A stretch of 20,000 bases of DNA from an uncultured virus (IMG/VR IMGVR_UViG_3300007871_000062) (lineage: Duplodnaviria; Heunggongvirae; Uroviricota; Caudoviricetes): the IMG/VR virus record IMGVR_UViG_3300007871_000062; one strand, written 5' to 3'. The first letter of the stretch is position 1. Each line of letters begins with the position of its first letter. This document shows, piece after piece, positions 7,810-16,940 of the stretch. A model generated the notes under the pieces. That model saw only the letters and a program-made list of their open reading frames with translations, was not told the DNA's origin and ran no database searches. The position numbers and the translations under genes are program-made.

Positions 7810-8007
7810 TTAATTGTCCAGTGCCTCTGCTTCTGAAATCATTGCTTCCCACTTAGCTTTTTCTGCTTCTTGGATTGCAATATCATCCTCACACATTCTA
7901 ATAAAGTTTTGTATTTGTTTTATTGTATATTTCCGCACTTTTGGCGTAGTGAATTCAAATACTTCTTTGTCTAGTTTTTTACCATTGTTCCTACACGTGT
8001 TTTGCAT
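7810..8007 (-). CDS. Small helical hypothetical protein downstream of the fibre gene (start uncertain)
   Basis: 65 aa with a coiled-coil-like C-terminus. It fills the gap between two genes and overlaps the upstream gene by 17 nt. Confidence 0.6.
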   Translation of the reverse strand: MQNTCRNNGKKLDKEVFEFTTPKVRKYTIKQIQNFIRMCEDDIAIQEAEKAKWEAMISEAEALDN

Positions 8008-11000
8008 GACTTACATCATACCAATTACTTCCATCACAAACAAATGAAAATCCACCACCATCTATTGTTTCATCTGCCCGGGTATGCATATAAAAATCTT
8101 GATTAATTCCTTCTGTATCTTCAAGGGTTAGTGTATTTGTCCAATCACCGATGTAAGCAACCCGTAAAATTTGTCCAGCAACACCACCTACTAATCCACC
8201 GAGAGTAATATTTCCACTCGTTGTATTAACTAAAAGCGTATTGACTCCTGATACATCAGTATCATCTGCTGACGCCGTAATTGTTGTTGTATTAGAAGCT
8301 ATTGCGCCATTCACATCCAATTTACAACTTGGAGTAAAATCATTGACACCCATATTTCCAGAATCATCTACAGTTATTCTTATATTACCTGCACCGTCTG
8401 CAAGAATAACATGATTTTGTAAATCAATGGCTAATCCAGTTACTCTTGCACCAATGATAGTATTATTATCACCAGTTGTAATACCTCTACCTGTGCCGTA
8501 ACCAATAATTGTATTGTGATCCCCTGTTGTTACATCATAACCTGCACTACTTCCAACACCAACATTCCATTGACCCGTGGTCATACGCATTGCATCATAA
8601 CCAACTGAAGTATTATAATGACCAGTAGATGTATAAAGTGAATAATTTCCAACAGCAACATTATAATCACCGGTAGTATTAGTATAAAGTGCATTAGGTC
8701 CAATACCAATATTATAATCACCATCCAGATTATTAAAAATTGCTCCTCTTCCAATAGCAGTATTTTGATCACCATGTATATTTTCTCTAAGTGCATGTGT
8801 TCCAATAGCAGTGTTATATTTACCATAAGTATTTTTATACATCGCCCATCCACCAATGGCAGTATTTTGACCACCTGAAGTATTAGCATTAAGTGCATCT
8901 CCTCCAACACCAACATTACCATAACCATAAGTATTATCTTCAAGTGCATATCCTCCAAAAGCAACATTACCATAACCACTGAGATTATTCTTAAGTGCAT
9001 TTCCTCCAACTGCAACATTATCATAACCATCTGTATTATTACTAAGTGCATTAGTTCCCATGGCAACATTATAATCACCATACGTATTATGTTGTCCTGC
9101 AGCCATACCGATATACGTATTATTTACACTGTTTTCACCACGTACTTCAAAAGTAGCAGAATCAGAAGAATCTTTTAATATCAATATTGGTGTTGATACA
9201 CCAGTGAGATGTCGTAATATTATGGTATCAAGCCTGCCATCAAAATCATTTTCTGGCGTAAATTTTAGATCAAGAGGGCCTGTTAAATTTGCCTTAAAAG
9301 TAGTATAAAGTGTAGCATTACTACCTCTAGTTAATGGACAATCACACGTTCCAAGAGTTACTGTGACTGTTCCAGCTGTACGATTAGATATTGTAAATTC
9401 TAATTGATATGTCTCACCATCAACTACATTAATAGCTTGAAAAAGTGGATCAACATTTCCAGCAATATGTTGTGCTTTACCCGTATTCCACACCCATTCA
9501 AGTAGAGTATAACTCCAGTCACTTAAATCAATTAAAAAATCCCAATTTACCACTAGATTAGAACCAAAGGCAGCAGTATCTATACCAGTTCCACCTGTGA
9601 GTGAAACACTAAGTGTTCCACCATCAAAATCATATTCACCTGCAGTTATAGTGTGTACAGCATTACTACCATTCCATTGAACACTATAATCTTGTGCTAC
9701 TCCAAATTGTAGAAGCTGACTATCATAAGGTAATTGAATGTATCCTGAAGCATCTACAATTATTCTCTTATTACCTTCACCGTCTGCAAGAATAATATGA
9801 TTTTGTAAATCAGCAGCTAATCCTGTAACTTGTGCTCCAATGATAGTATTATTATCACCAGTTGTAATACCTCTACCTGTGTTATAACCAATAAGTGTAT
9901 TGTAGTCCCCTGTTGTTACATCATAACCCGTAGTATACCCAAATGCAGCATTAAAATCACCAGTAGTCAAACGCAGTGAACTATAACCAATAGCAACATT
10001 ATCCTCACCAGTAGATGAATTAAGTGCCCAATTTCCAATAGCAACATTATGATCACCAGAAATATTATCACTTAATGTACTTCTTCCAATTGCAGTATTA
10101 GCATCACCATCTTCATTACTAAAAAGTGCATTTTTCCCAATAGCAATATGATCATCACCATCTATATTTTCTTTAAGTGAATCAGTTCCAATAGCAACAT
10201 TATATAGACCTGTAGTATTTTCATATAATGACCAATCTCCAATAGCAATATTTTGTCTACCCGTAGTATTAGTATACAATGTATATCCGCCAACACCAAT
10301 ATTACCAGAGCCACAAGTATTATCTTCAAGTGCATGTCTTCCAAGAGCAATATTATTGTAACCTTGAATATTATTTTTAAGTGTATTCATTCCAATAGCA
10401 ACATTATCATAACCATCAGTATTAGTACTAAGTGCATTAATTCCGAGAGCAATATTATAATCGCCCGTAATATTATATTGTCCTGCATTTACACCAATAT
10501 AGATATTATCCACACTGTTTTCACCACGTACTTCGAGAATAGCAGAATCAGTAGAATCTTTTAATATTAATACTGGTGTTGTCGTACCAGAAACATGTTG
10601 TAATTTTATATCATCAAGCCTGCCATCAAAATCAGTATGCGGTGTAAATGTAAGATTAATAGGGCCAGTTAAATTTGCCACAAAAGAAGTATAGTATGTA
10701 CCATTACTAACCGCAGTTAATGAGCAATCACACGTTCCAAAAGTTACTGTGACTGTTCCGGCTGTACGATTGGATATTGTAAATTCCACTGCATATATTT
10801 TACCATCAACTACATTAATAGCTTGAAAAAGTGGATCAACATTCCCAATAATATGTTCTGCTTCACCAGTATTCCACACCCATTCAAGTGGGGTAAAATT
10901 CCAATCGCTTAGATCAATTGAAAAATCCCAATTCGTTACTAGATTAACATCAAAAGGAGGAGTATCTACGCCAGCCCCACCTGTGAGTGAAACATTAAGT

Positions 11001-11911
11001 GTTCCACCATCAAAAACATATTCACCCGCAGTTATAGTGTGTGTAGCATTACTACCATCCCATTGGACACTATAATCTTGTGCTGCTCCAAATTGTAGAA
11101 GCTGACTATCATAAGGTAATTGAATGTATCCTGAAGCATCTACAATTAAAGCAGGATCAGGATCACCATCTGAAGCCACTAATTCAGAGTGTCTGTGAAG
11201 AGCATCTGCAACAGAATTATCCGTAAGAGTATCTAATTGCGCTCCGGTTGCAGAAGTATCATGTGAAGCAATAGTTCCAGCAATCAAATTATCATGATCA
11301 AGAGAACTCTCAAAACTATCGAAAGTGATTTTATTATTATGACCACCGTCACTATCATAAAATGGAATTTGATCAGCGTCAGCTATAACATCTACATTCA
11401 AACTAACGATATCAAAATCACCAGCATTAATCAGATTATTGTGATCAAGAGAACTCTCAAAATTAGCAAAAGTGATTTTATTATTGTGAGTGCCGGTATC
11501 ATCATAAAACGGAAGAGTGTCAGCGTCAGCTATAGTATCTGCATCCAATCCATCGATATTAAAATCACCCGCATTAATCAGATTATTGAGATCAAGTAAT
11601 GATTCAAAATCAGTGAAAGTAATTTTACTATTATTGCTCTCTGAGACGTCAAAAAATGGTATATAATCTGCAGCAACTATCGTTTCAACACCCAATTGAT
11701 TAATTTCAAAAGGAATATTGTCTTGCCAAATTGGTGCATTGGAAGGACCATTTGATACAAGAACCTGTCCTGCTGTTCCTTGTTCAAAAGGAATATAATT
11801 ACGCACTGAAGAATTATCGACTTTAACTAAAAGCGTTCCGGGTAGACCAATAGTATTGATTGATGTGCGTAAATTAAGTTCTTCAAAGACGTAGTCTGAG
11901 AAATTACTCAT
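7991..11911 (-). CDS. Large repetitive fibre/adhesin-like virion protein (~1306 aa); start revised to ATG 11911
   Basis: RBS GGAGA-ATATC-ATG at 11911. Contains three 49-aa acidic repeats, then two 462-aa modules. Each module has a carbohydrate-binding-module-like domain (NLVxNWDFxIDLSDW...) and about 14-aa beta-roll repeats (NxAxGxxALxxNxxG). A GNMGVNDFTPSCKLDVNG fibre motif lies near the C-terminus. Confidence 0.8.
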   Translation of the reverse strand: MSNFSDYVFEELNLRTSINTIGLPGTLLVKVDNSSVRNYIPFEQGTAGQVLVSNGPSNAPIWQDNIPFEINQLGVETIVAADYIPFFDVSESNNSKITFTDFESLLDLNNLINAGDFNIDGLDADTIADADTLPFYDDTGTHNNKITFANFESSLDHNNLINAGDFDIVSLNVDVIADADQIPFYDSDGGHNNKITFDSFESSLDHDNLIAGTIASHDTSATGAQLDTLTDNSVADALHRHSELVASDGDPDPALIVDASGYIQLPYDSQLLQFGAAQDYSVQWDGSNATHTITAGEYVFDGGTLNVSLTGGAGVDTPPFDVNLVTNWDFSIDLSDWNFTPLEWVWNTGEAEHIIGNVDPLFQAINVVDGKIYAVEFTISNRTAGTVTVTFGTCDCSLTAVSNGTYYTSFVANLTGPINLTFTPHTDFDGRLDDIKLQHVSGTTTPVLILKDSTDSAILEVRGENSVDNIYIGVNAGQYNITGDYNIALGINALSTNTDGYDNVAIGMNTLKNNIQGYNNIALGRHALEDNTCGSGNIGVGGYTLYTNTTGRQNIAIGDWSLYENTTGLYNVAIGTDSLKENIDGDDHIAIGKNALFSNEDGDANTAIGRSTLSDNISGDHNVAIGNWALNSSTGEDNVAIGYSSLRLTTGDFNAAFGYTTGYDVTTGDYNTLIGYNTGRGITTGDNNTIIGAQVTGLAADLQNHIILADGEGNKRIIVDASGYIQLPYDSQLLQFGVAQDYSVQWNGSNAVHTITAGEYDFDGGTLSVSLTGGTGIDTAAFGSNLVVNWDFLIDLSDWSYTLLEWVWNTGKAQHIAGNVDPLFQAINVVDGETYQLEFTISNRTAGTVTVTLGTCDCPLTRGSNATLYTTFKANLTGPLDLKFTPENDFDGRLDTIILRHLTGVSTPILILKDSSDSATFEVRGENSVNNTYIGMAAGQHNTYGDYNVAMGTNALSNNTDGYDNVAVGGNALKNNLSGYGNVAFGGYALEDNTYGYGNVGVGGDALNANTSGGQNTAIGGWAMYKNTYGKYNTAIGTHALRENIHGDQNTAIGRGAIFNNLDGDYNIGIGPNALYTNTTGDYNVAVGNYSLYTSTGHYNTSVGYDAMRMTTGQWNVGVGSSAGYDVTTGDHNTIIGYGTGRGITTGDNNTIIGARVTGLAIDLQNHVILADGAGNIRITVDDSGNMGVNDFTPSCKLDVNGAIASNTTTITASADDTDVSGVNTLLVNTTSGNITLGGLVGGVAGQILRVAYIGDWTNTLTLEDTEGINQDFYMHTRADETIDGGGFSFVCDGSNWYDVSHAKHV
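8365..11146 (-). repeat. In-frame tandem duplication with a 1386-bp period (2 copies)
   Basis: ctgaagcatc occurs at 11131 and 9745, and catcta at 9751 and 8365; both offsets are 1386. The peptide IVDASGYIQLPYDSQLLQFG opens both copies. Confidence 0.92.
11270..11710 (-). repeat. Coding tandem repeat, 3 x 147 bp (49 aa)
   Basis: Equivalent anchors at 11294, 11441 and 11588. Peptide unit: FxIxxLxxxxIADADxIPFYDxxxxHNNKITFxxFESSLDHNNLINAGD. Confidence 0.9.
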
Positions 11912-11922
11912 GATATTCTCCA

Positions 11923-11950
11923 TAACCGGGCCCACAATTGGACCCGGTTA
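11923..11950 (-). promoter_or_regulatory. 12-bp intergenic RNA hairpin abutting the fibre-gene RBS
   Basis: Minus strand TAACCGGGTCCA-ATTG-TGGGCCCGGTTA (one G-U pair), followed directly by TGGAGAATATCATG. There is no U-tract on the coding strand. Confidence 0.55.
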
Positions 11951-11960
11951 TTTTCTTCCT

Positions 11961-12689
11961 TTAACCGTTGTCCCCGATGTTACTCCAAACAATGGTGAAC
12001 ACACCAGATACTTTCAAAACATCAGCAGTCGTACCGTGATCAGCATCATCAACGGTGCGGAAATTCAAGTGATATGTCTTACCACTCCCATGACCATCAA
12101 CAACGGCAGCCGTACTGTTAATTCCTTTTTCAATTGCAGCGGATGTTTTGGCAGTCAAAGCACAAACGATAGCACCAATCACATCTTCTTCATCACCACC
12201 ATTTAAATCAAAAGAAGTAGCTTGAGCCGCAGCGGCAGTACCAACACCGATTTCAAAATCAGCGGTAGTCGAGAAACCGGTGCCACCACCAGTAACTGCC
12301 TCTAATTTACCTAATGGAAATTGAATATGTACACCATGAACAAGAATATGGCCATCGGGAAAAGTGTAAAGAGGTTGAGTTCCCCACGCACCATCAGTGG
12401 CAGGTACGGTACCGTCTGTTGACACCATCTCCATTTCAGTAAAAGTAAAGACGGTCTTATGAAGAGCACCGTCACCTTTTTCAGTAACTACCATTCCTGT
12501 TTTTGTCGCTGCAGTACCAACAGTGTGAAGAGTGTCGTTATCGCGACCCGCATTATTGTCATCTACTCTAGTTTGTAGAGTAGCTACTTGATCAAATAGT
12601 GTATAATAATCATCTGCATTCGGTCCCTTTTGAGGAGCATCATCACTGTCACGATTCAGGGAGTCTCCGTCCCAAATTGTTAGAGTCAT
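11961..12689 (-). CDS. Putative capsid decoration/structural protein, paralogue B; start revised to ATG 12689
   Basis: TAATG overlap with the upstream paralogue gives 242 aa (MTLTIWDG...). Gly/Ala/Thr/Asp-rich and aligns end-to-end with 12689-13411. Confidence 0.65.
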   Translation of the reverse strand: MTLTIWDGDSLNRDSDDAPQKGPNADDYYTLFDQVATLQTRVDDNNAGRDNDTLHTVGTAATKTGMVVTEKGDGALHKTVFTFTEMEMVSTDGTVPATDGAWGTQPLYTFPDGHILVHGVHIQFPLGKLEAVTGGGTGFSTTADFEIGVGTAAAAQATSFDLNGGDEEDVIGAIVCALTAKTSAAIEKGINSTAAVVDGHGSGKTYHLNFRTVDDADHGTTADVLKVSGVFTIVWSNIGDNG

Positions 12690-13411
12690 TAGTCGTCCCC
12701 CAAGGCAGTCCAAACAACCGTAAGAACACCACTAACCGTAAGAATATCAGCAACCGCACCATGATCAGCATCATCGAGAGTACGGAAATTCAGATTCAAT
12801 GTCTTAGCGGCGGCTGTACCATCAAATGCTACAGCTGTTCCACAAGCCGCTGACTCAATTGCATCAGATGTCTTTGAAGTCAAATTTACGTCCAAAGCAG
12901 TAACAATATCTTCTTGGGTTGCGTTATTAAGACCATATCCTGTCCACTGAGCCGAGGCCACTGTCCCTACACCGAGTTCAAAATCAGCAGTATCAGAAAA
13001 ACCAGTGCCACCACCGGTAGTAGCAACTATAAGACCTAGTGGAAATTGAGCGTGTGATCCAAGAAAAAGAATATGACCTACAGGAAAGGTGTAGAGAAGT
13101 TGTGTTCCCCAAGCACCATCAGTCCCCGCCGTTGTACCATCTTTGGATGCCATCGACATTCCATCAAAAGTAAAGACGGTTTTATGAACAGCGCCACTAC
13201 CTTTTTCTACAACTGTCAAACCAGTTTTGGTCGCAACCGCACCCGGAGCATCAAGAGTATCGTCATCACGACCAGTATTATTGGCATTTACTCGGGTTTG
13301 TGCGGCTGACACTTCTGAAATTACACGATTCCAATCACGCCAATCAGGAGACTTTCGCTGATTTGCAGTACGATTATCAGAAGCTCCAGTCCAAATTGAA
13401 GTAGGATACAT
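12689..13411 (-). CDS. Putative capsid decoration/structural protein, paralogue A
   Basis: 240 aa, directly after the portal. Shares HKTVFTF, TDGAWGTQ.LYTFP.GHIL, TGGGTGFS.TADFE.GVGT and LNFRT.DDADHG with the next gene. Confidence 0.65.
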   Translation of the reverse strand: MYPTSIWTGASDNRTANQRKSPDWRDWNRVISEVSAAQTRVNANNTGRDDDTLDAPGAVATKTGLTVVEKGSGAVHKTVFTFDGMSMASKDGTTAGTDGAWGTQLLYTFPVGHILFLGSHAQFPLGLIVATTGGGTGFSDTADFELGVGTVASAQWTGYGLNNATQEDIVTALDVNLTSKTSDAIESAACGTAVAFDGTAAAKTLNLNFRTLDDADHGAVADILTVSGVLTVVWTALGDD

Positions 13412-13413
13412 CT

Positions 13414-15033
13414 TTATTCCTTTTTATCGGGGTCTTGAGACGCTTGTTTTTCTGCTTTAGCAGATGTATTATTGACGATTGTATCAGTAAGAGTATCATG
13501 TGTTTGCGACTCTTGAATTCTTTTTAATCGCTTCGCATGATCTTCTTCTGCTTTCTTTGGTTCATCATGGTTATAACCACGAGCAAGTGAAGCAGTCTCT
13601 AATGAGACAATACCTTTTTCTACATCGGCATGAATTGTTTCAGCGTCAGCAGTCATGTAATTAGCATTTTCAATCTCTCTTATCATGGTATCTAAATCTT
13701 TAACAGATACTCTTGATCCTAAAAGCATTCTCACAATTTCTTTATTCACTTCTTTTTGATAACGTTTCGAGGGAACAACAGATATTAATTTGTCTAGGCG
13801 CTCCGCCTCTTCCATTCTTTGAAGATCTGTTTTTAGGCCATAACGCTCAGGATAATTAATAGTGACGGTTTCTTGTTCATTTTCATACTGATGAAAAAGG
13901 TTAGCAATTTGTTGTTCGCCTTTTTCTAATATCAAACCTAAGAAGCTAAGACCACTTTCTAAGCCTCTTTCATCAAATTGTTTTGCTTCAGCGGATGCAA
14001 ATTTCGGCCTAATACTACTCAAAGCTAAATTAATAAGAGAACGAATATCTTCTTTTAGTTGTTTTTGTTTTTCTATTGATGCAATAATTGGTTCTGAACT
14101 TGGATGTATAAAAGATGGACTGTCTAATCCTTTGGCATAACGCCTACCTTGAATATTACCAACTTCTATCTGATCATCCTCATTATTTTCAGGATTATCT
14201 TTAAGATGTGAACTATCAAATTTACCGCTGTATTGCTCGACGTAAAATGGAAAATTAGCTTTCAAAGCATAAGAAATGTCACTTGATTCCAAATTCAATA
14301 ATGCAATTTGATGATTTGCAACATCTTTTAATAGTGAGCGATCCAATTCAAATAGAACAAAGGGTATTTTGTCAATTTCTAGTAACATTTCTGGTCCTAT
14401 CTTTTTATCATTTTCATCAAGATATTGTAAAGAAACACCATCGTCTCTTTTTTGAAAAAGACGATATCGCGTCTTTATCTCTTCCGGTAAGTTATATTTA
14501 TCATATTCATAGTAAGTTTCTTCTAACAATAATGTTTCAAAATCAACATTATTGTTATCTTCAGTATAGACCCAATTTTTTATTTCTTCGGCTGTATAAA
14601 TATAAATATAAGGGTGTGTATTTTCTGCTTCTTGTTTTGTTGATCCAATAAAAGCCGGCATATCCACAAATACGCCAACCTTGCCCATGAATAGTAATTC
14701 TGACAATACTTCATGGCCAATAAAATGATTCATTGTAGCGCCTTTCAAATCAACGCCGCCATATGCGCCATTAACAACATCTTGAAAAACTGACGATCCA
14801 CCTTTTCGTGTTATATCCGCCATTCTTTGATAAATACTATTACGAATATCAATCAAAGCAGCACTTGCAAAACCCGGTATAGGTGTGATTTTTTTGCGAT
14901 CTATAAAATCATCAGCGTCTTCACGTGTGCTAAATTTAACAAGATATTGATCAATAAAATCATTCCCACCATTTTTAATATAACGATATTTTCGCCATGC
15001 ATTGGGTGTATAATCTGGATGCACTGAAATCAT
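13414..15033 (-). CDS. Portal protein
   Basis: 539 aa, immediately after the large terminase (ATGA overlap). HPDY...W, RE....F..R, G.VGVFVDMP, PY...YTAEEI.NW and IPFV motifs are typical of DUF4055/SPP1-like portals. Confidence 0.88.
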   Translation of the reverse strand: MISVHPDYTPNAWRKYRYIKNGGNDFIDQYLVKFSTREDADDFIDRKKITPIPGFASAALIDIRNSIYQRMADITRKGGSSVFQDVVNGAYGGVDLKGATMNHFIGHEVLSELLFMGKVGVFVDMPAFIGSTKQEAENTHPYIYIYTAEEIKNWVYTEDNNNVDFETLLLEETYYEYDKYNLPEEIKTRYRLFQKRDDGVSLQYLDENDKKIGPEMLLEIDKIPFVLFELDRSLLKDVANHQIALLNLESSDISYALKANFPFYVEQYSGKFDSSHLKDNPENNEDDQIEVGNIQGRRYAKGLDSPSFIHPSSEPIIASIEKQKQLKEDIRSLINLALSSIRPKFASAEAKQFDERGLESGLSFLGLILEKGEQQIANLFHQYENEQETVTINYPERYGLKTDLQRMEEAERLDKLISVVPSKRYQKEVNKEIVRMLLGSRVSVKDLDTMIREIENANYMTADAETIHADVEKGIVSLETASLARGYNHDEPKKAEEDHAKRLKRIQESQTHDTLTDTIVNNTSAKAEKQASQDPDKKE

Positions 15034-16655
15034 AAGAAACTCCGGATATTTTCATTTGTTGTTAGACTGGCGGCACATGGTAAAGCAATTTCACTGTAAC
15101 AACGTGCGTGTGCAGCGTGATCAGCACCATCGCCAATAGTAATATAGCGGCCTACTGGATTACCACTTTGATCTTTTTCGTAACGTCGTACTAATTTTTT
15201 AATATGATCTTGATACTCTAGAGAGATATTTTGTGGAAGTGAAATTGTTTGATTGTGAAATCTATTCAATGCTACATCCAACCAAGATGTTCTGTCTACA
15301 CTCAATTCGTGTGAATTGTCATCTTGATTGATATTTATCATTTTACCACGAACACCAGTGCTATAGAAACACAATTTCACGTGGCCCCAAAAGTCACACG
15401 CAAACTCATAAGCCAATCGTCTTTCAGGTTGTGCATCAATAACACAAAACATTACTTGATATTGTTTCATTAGTTGACCAAGTTCATGAAAGTCTATTAC
15501 TTTACCTTCTTTAAGAACTGTAGCTTTGGCATTCATATTAATGTCATTACCAAGTTTGCATTGCCACGATGTTATTTCGTAGTGTAACCAACGACCTTGA
15601 TCGACACCCATTGTAATTATATTACCTTTCTCACCGGGTTTAATACATTTTCGAATTTCAAGATCAGTAACTTGCGCACCCTCTGGTACATGCGGCATAC
15701 CTAATCTACTATTGTAAAACTCTTGTTCCTCGACTTTATCAACCAGTGAAGCGAGGTATTTTGTTGCTAATTGATGTGGTTCAATAGTGTAAGAATAGAG
15801 TTGATTAACATAGAATCCTCTTTTACTTGATTGATTTGTGGATTCCCAATAACCAGTTTTTAACCACTCCGGTTTGGCTTTATGAGATAATTTTTTCTTA
15901 CATTCTTTACAAATAAGGTAAGAATTTTCGATTTTAGGATCAAGACGATCCTCCGCAGTAATAACAAGACATTCAGGGAAAATGAGTTCTGTTAGTTTGC
16001 CACAATTAGGACATTTAAAGATAAAATGATCTTGCGTGGATAAAAGAAACTCTTTATTTATACCATGATTTGGTGCAGTGGGTGTTGAAATTTTCCAAAT
16101 TTGCCAATCAATTTGTCCATCCACTCTGGATTCACCAAGCGTGACATTAGGTTGATTCATTTCATCCAATTCATCAAAGATTAAAAGACTCACAGGTAGA
16201 CCTTTCATACCACCGCGACTATTACTGCCTCTGATATAGAGATTTGCTGAACCTGAACGTTTGTGCCCAACATTTTTTACGTCACTGTAAATATTCTTGA
16301 GATGTTGTGATAAATCAAGAGCAGCATCGAAACGAGCTGCAGAGAAATCAGAGGCATCAGGTGTTTTAGATGGTAAGACATACAAGACACTTTGTCTTTT
16401 GATGTCCATCTTGAAGAAAGCAATATTGAGCATTGTTTCTGTATAACCCATTTGTGCGGATTTCTGACCAATACAAAACGGTTCGGTTGCATTATGCATA
16501 TCCAATGTCCATGGATGATATTTCGGTGTCCACAGACCGGGAAACGGTGGGCCCATCATCCTATAAGATGATGCCCATTTGGAGCAAGAAGTAATGGCTT
16601 TACGCCGAAGACCGCTTACTAAAGTGTCAGTGAATACTTGTTGTAATTTATGCAT
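15030..16655 (-). CDS. terL: Terminase large subunit, lambda GpA family
   Basis: Walker A-type KSAQMGYTE, Walker B LLIFDELDEM, coupling motif ISTPT, zinc ribbon CPNCG...CKEC, nuclease motif MGVDQG and C-terminal DHAAHARCY. Confidence 0.95.
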   Translation of the reverse strand: MHKLQQVFTDTLVSGLRRKAITSCSKWASSYRMMGPPFPGLWTPKYHPWTLDMHNATEPFCIGQKSAQMGYTETMLNIAFFKMDIKRQSVLYVLPSKTPDASDFSAARFDAALDLSQHLKNIYSDVKNVGHKRSGSANLYIRGSNSRGGMKGLPVSLLIFDELDEMNQPNVTLGESRVDGQIDWQIWKISTPTAPNHGINKEFLLSTQDHFIFKCPNCGKLTELIFPECLVITAEDRLDPKIENSYLICKECKKKLSHKAKPEWLKTGYWESTNQSSKRGFYVNQLYSYTIEPHQLATKYLASLVDKVEEQEFYNSRLGMPHVPEGAQVTDLEIRKCIKPGEKGNIITMGVDQGRWLHYEITSWQCKLGNDINMNAKATVLKEGKVIDFHELGQLMKQYQVMFCVIDAQPERRLAYEFACDFWGHVKLCFYSTGVRGKMININQDDNSHELSVDRTSWLDVALNRFHNQTISLPQNISLEYQDHIKKLVRRYEKDQSGNPVGRYITIGDGADHAAHARCYSEIALPCAASLTTNENIRSFL

Positions 16656-16661
16656 CCCGAC

Positions 16662-16940
16662 TTACAGTGGGCTACTCTTGGGATCATGAAGCGTTTCATT
16701 TTCTAACTCCTTGAAAAGGTACTCTATGAGAAGCATACCAGGAACTGATAAAGTAACTAAAGAAAACCAAGTGATTATAAAACTATAAAAGGAAGATTGA
16801 TTAAGAGCTATGAAGAAAGCGAGATAATGAGCAAAACAGTAAGAACATTTTAGGACATGCCATTTCTGAATAGGTCTGAAAAGTACACTTCTACAGACTG
16901 TTTCAGAAATTGTTGATATTGCTAAGGCTTCTAAGATCAT
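16662..16940 (-). CDS. Small membrane protein with CxxC (DUF1360-like); start revised to ATG 16940
   Basis: TAATG overlap with the upstream small ORF gives 92 aa. LKCSYCFAHYLA sits among hydrophobic helices. Confidence 0.6.
   Translation of the reverse strand: MILEALAISTISETVCRSVLFRPIQKWHVLKCSYCFAHYLAFFIALNQSSFYSFIITWFSLVTLSVPGMLLIEYLFKELENETLHDPKSSPL

Noticed and set aside
8581..9081. 166-aa Met/Ile/Leu-rich minus-strand ORF (also 10162-10350)
   Set aside because: Alternative-frame read of the Asn/Gly beta-roll repeats; the periodic hydrophobicity is a by-product of AAT/GGT codons.
8365..11146. Diversity-generating retroelement template/variable repeat pair
   Set aside because: Both copies are in-frame coding modules far longer than a TR/VR, the differences I checked are not adenine-specific, and there is no reverse transcriptase in the window.
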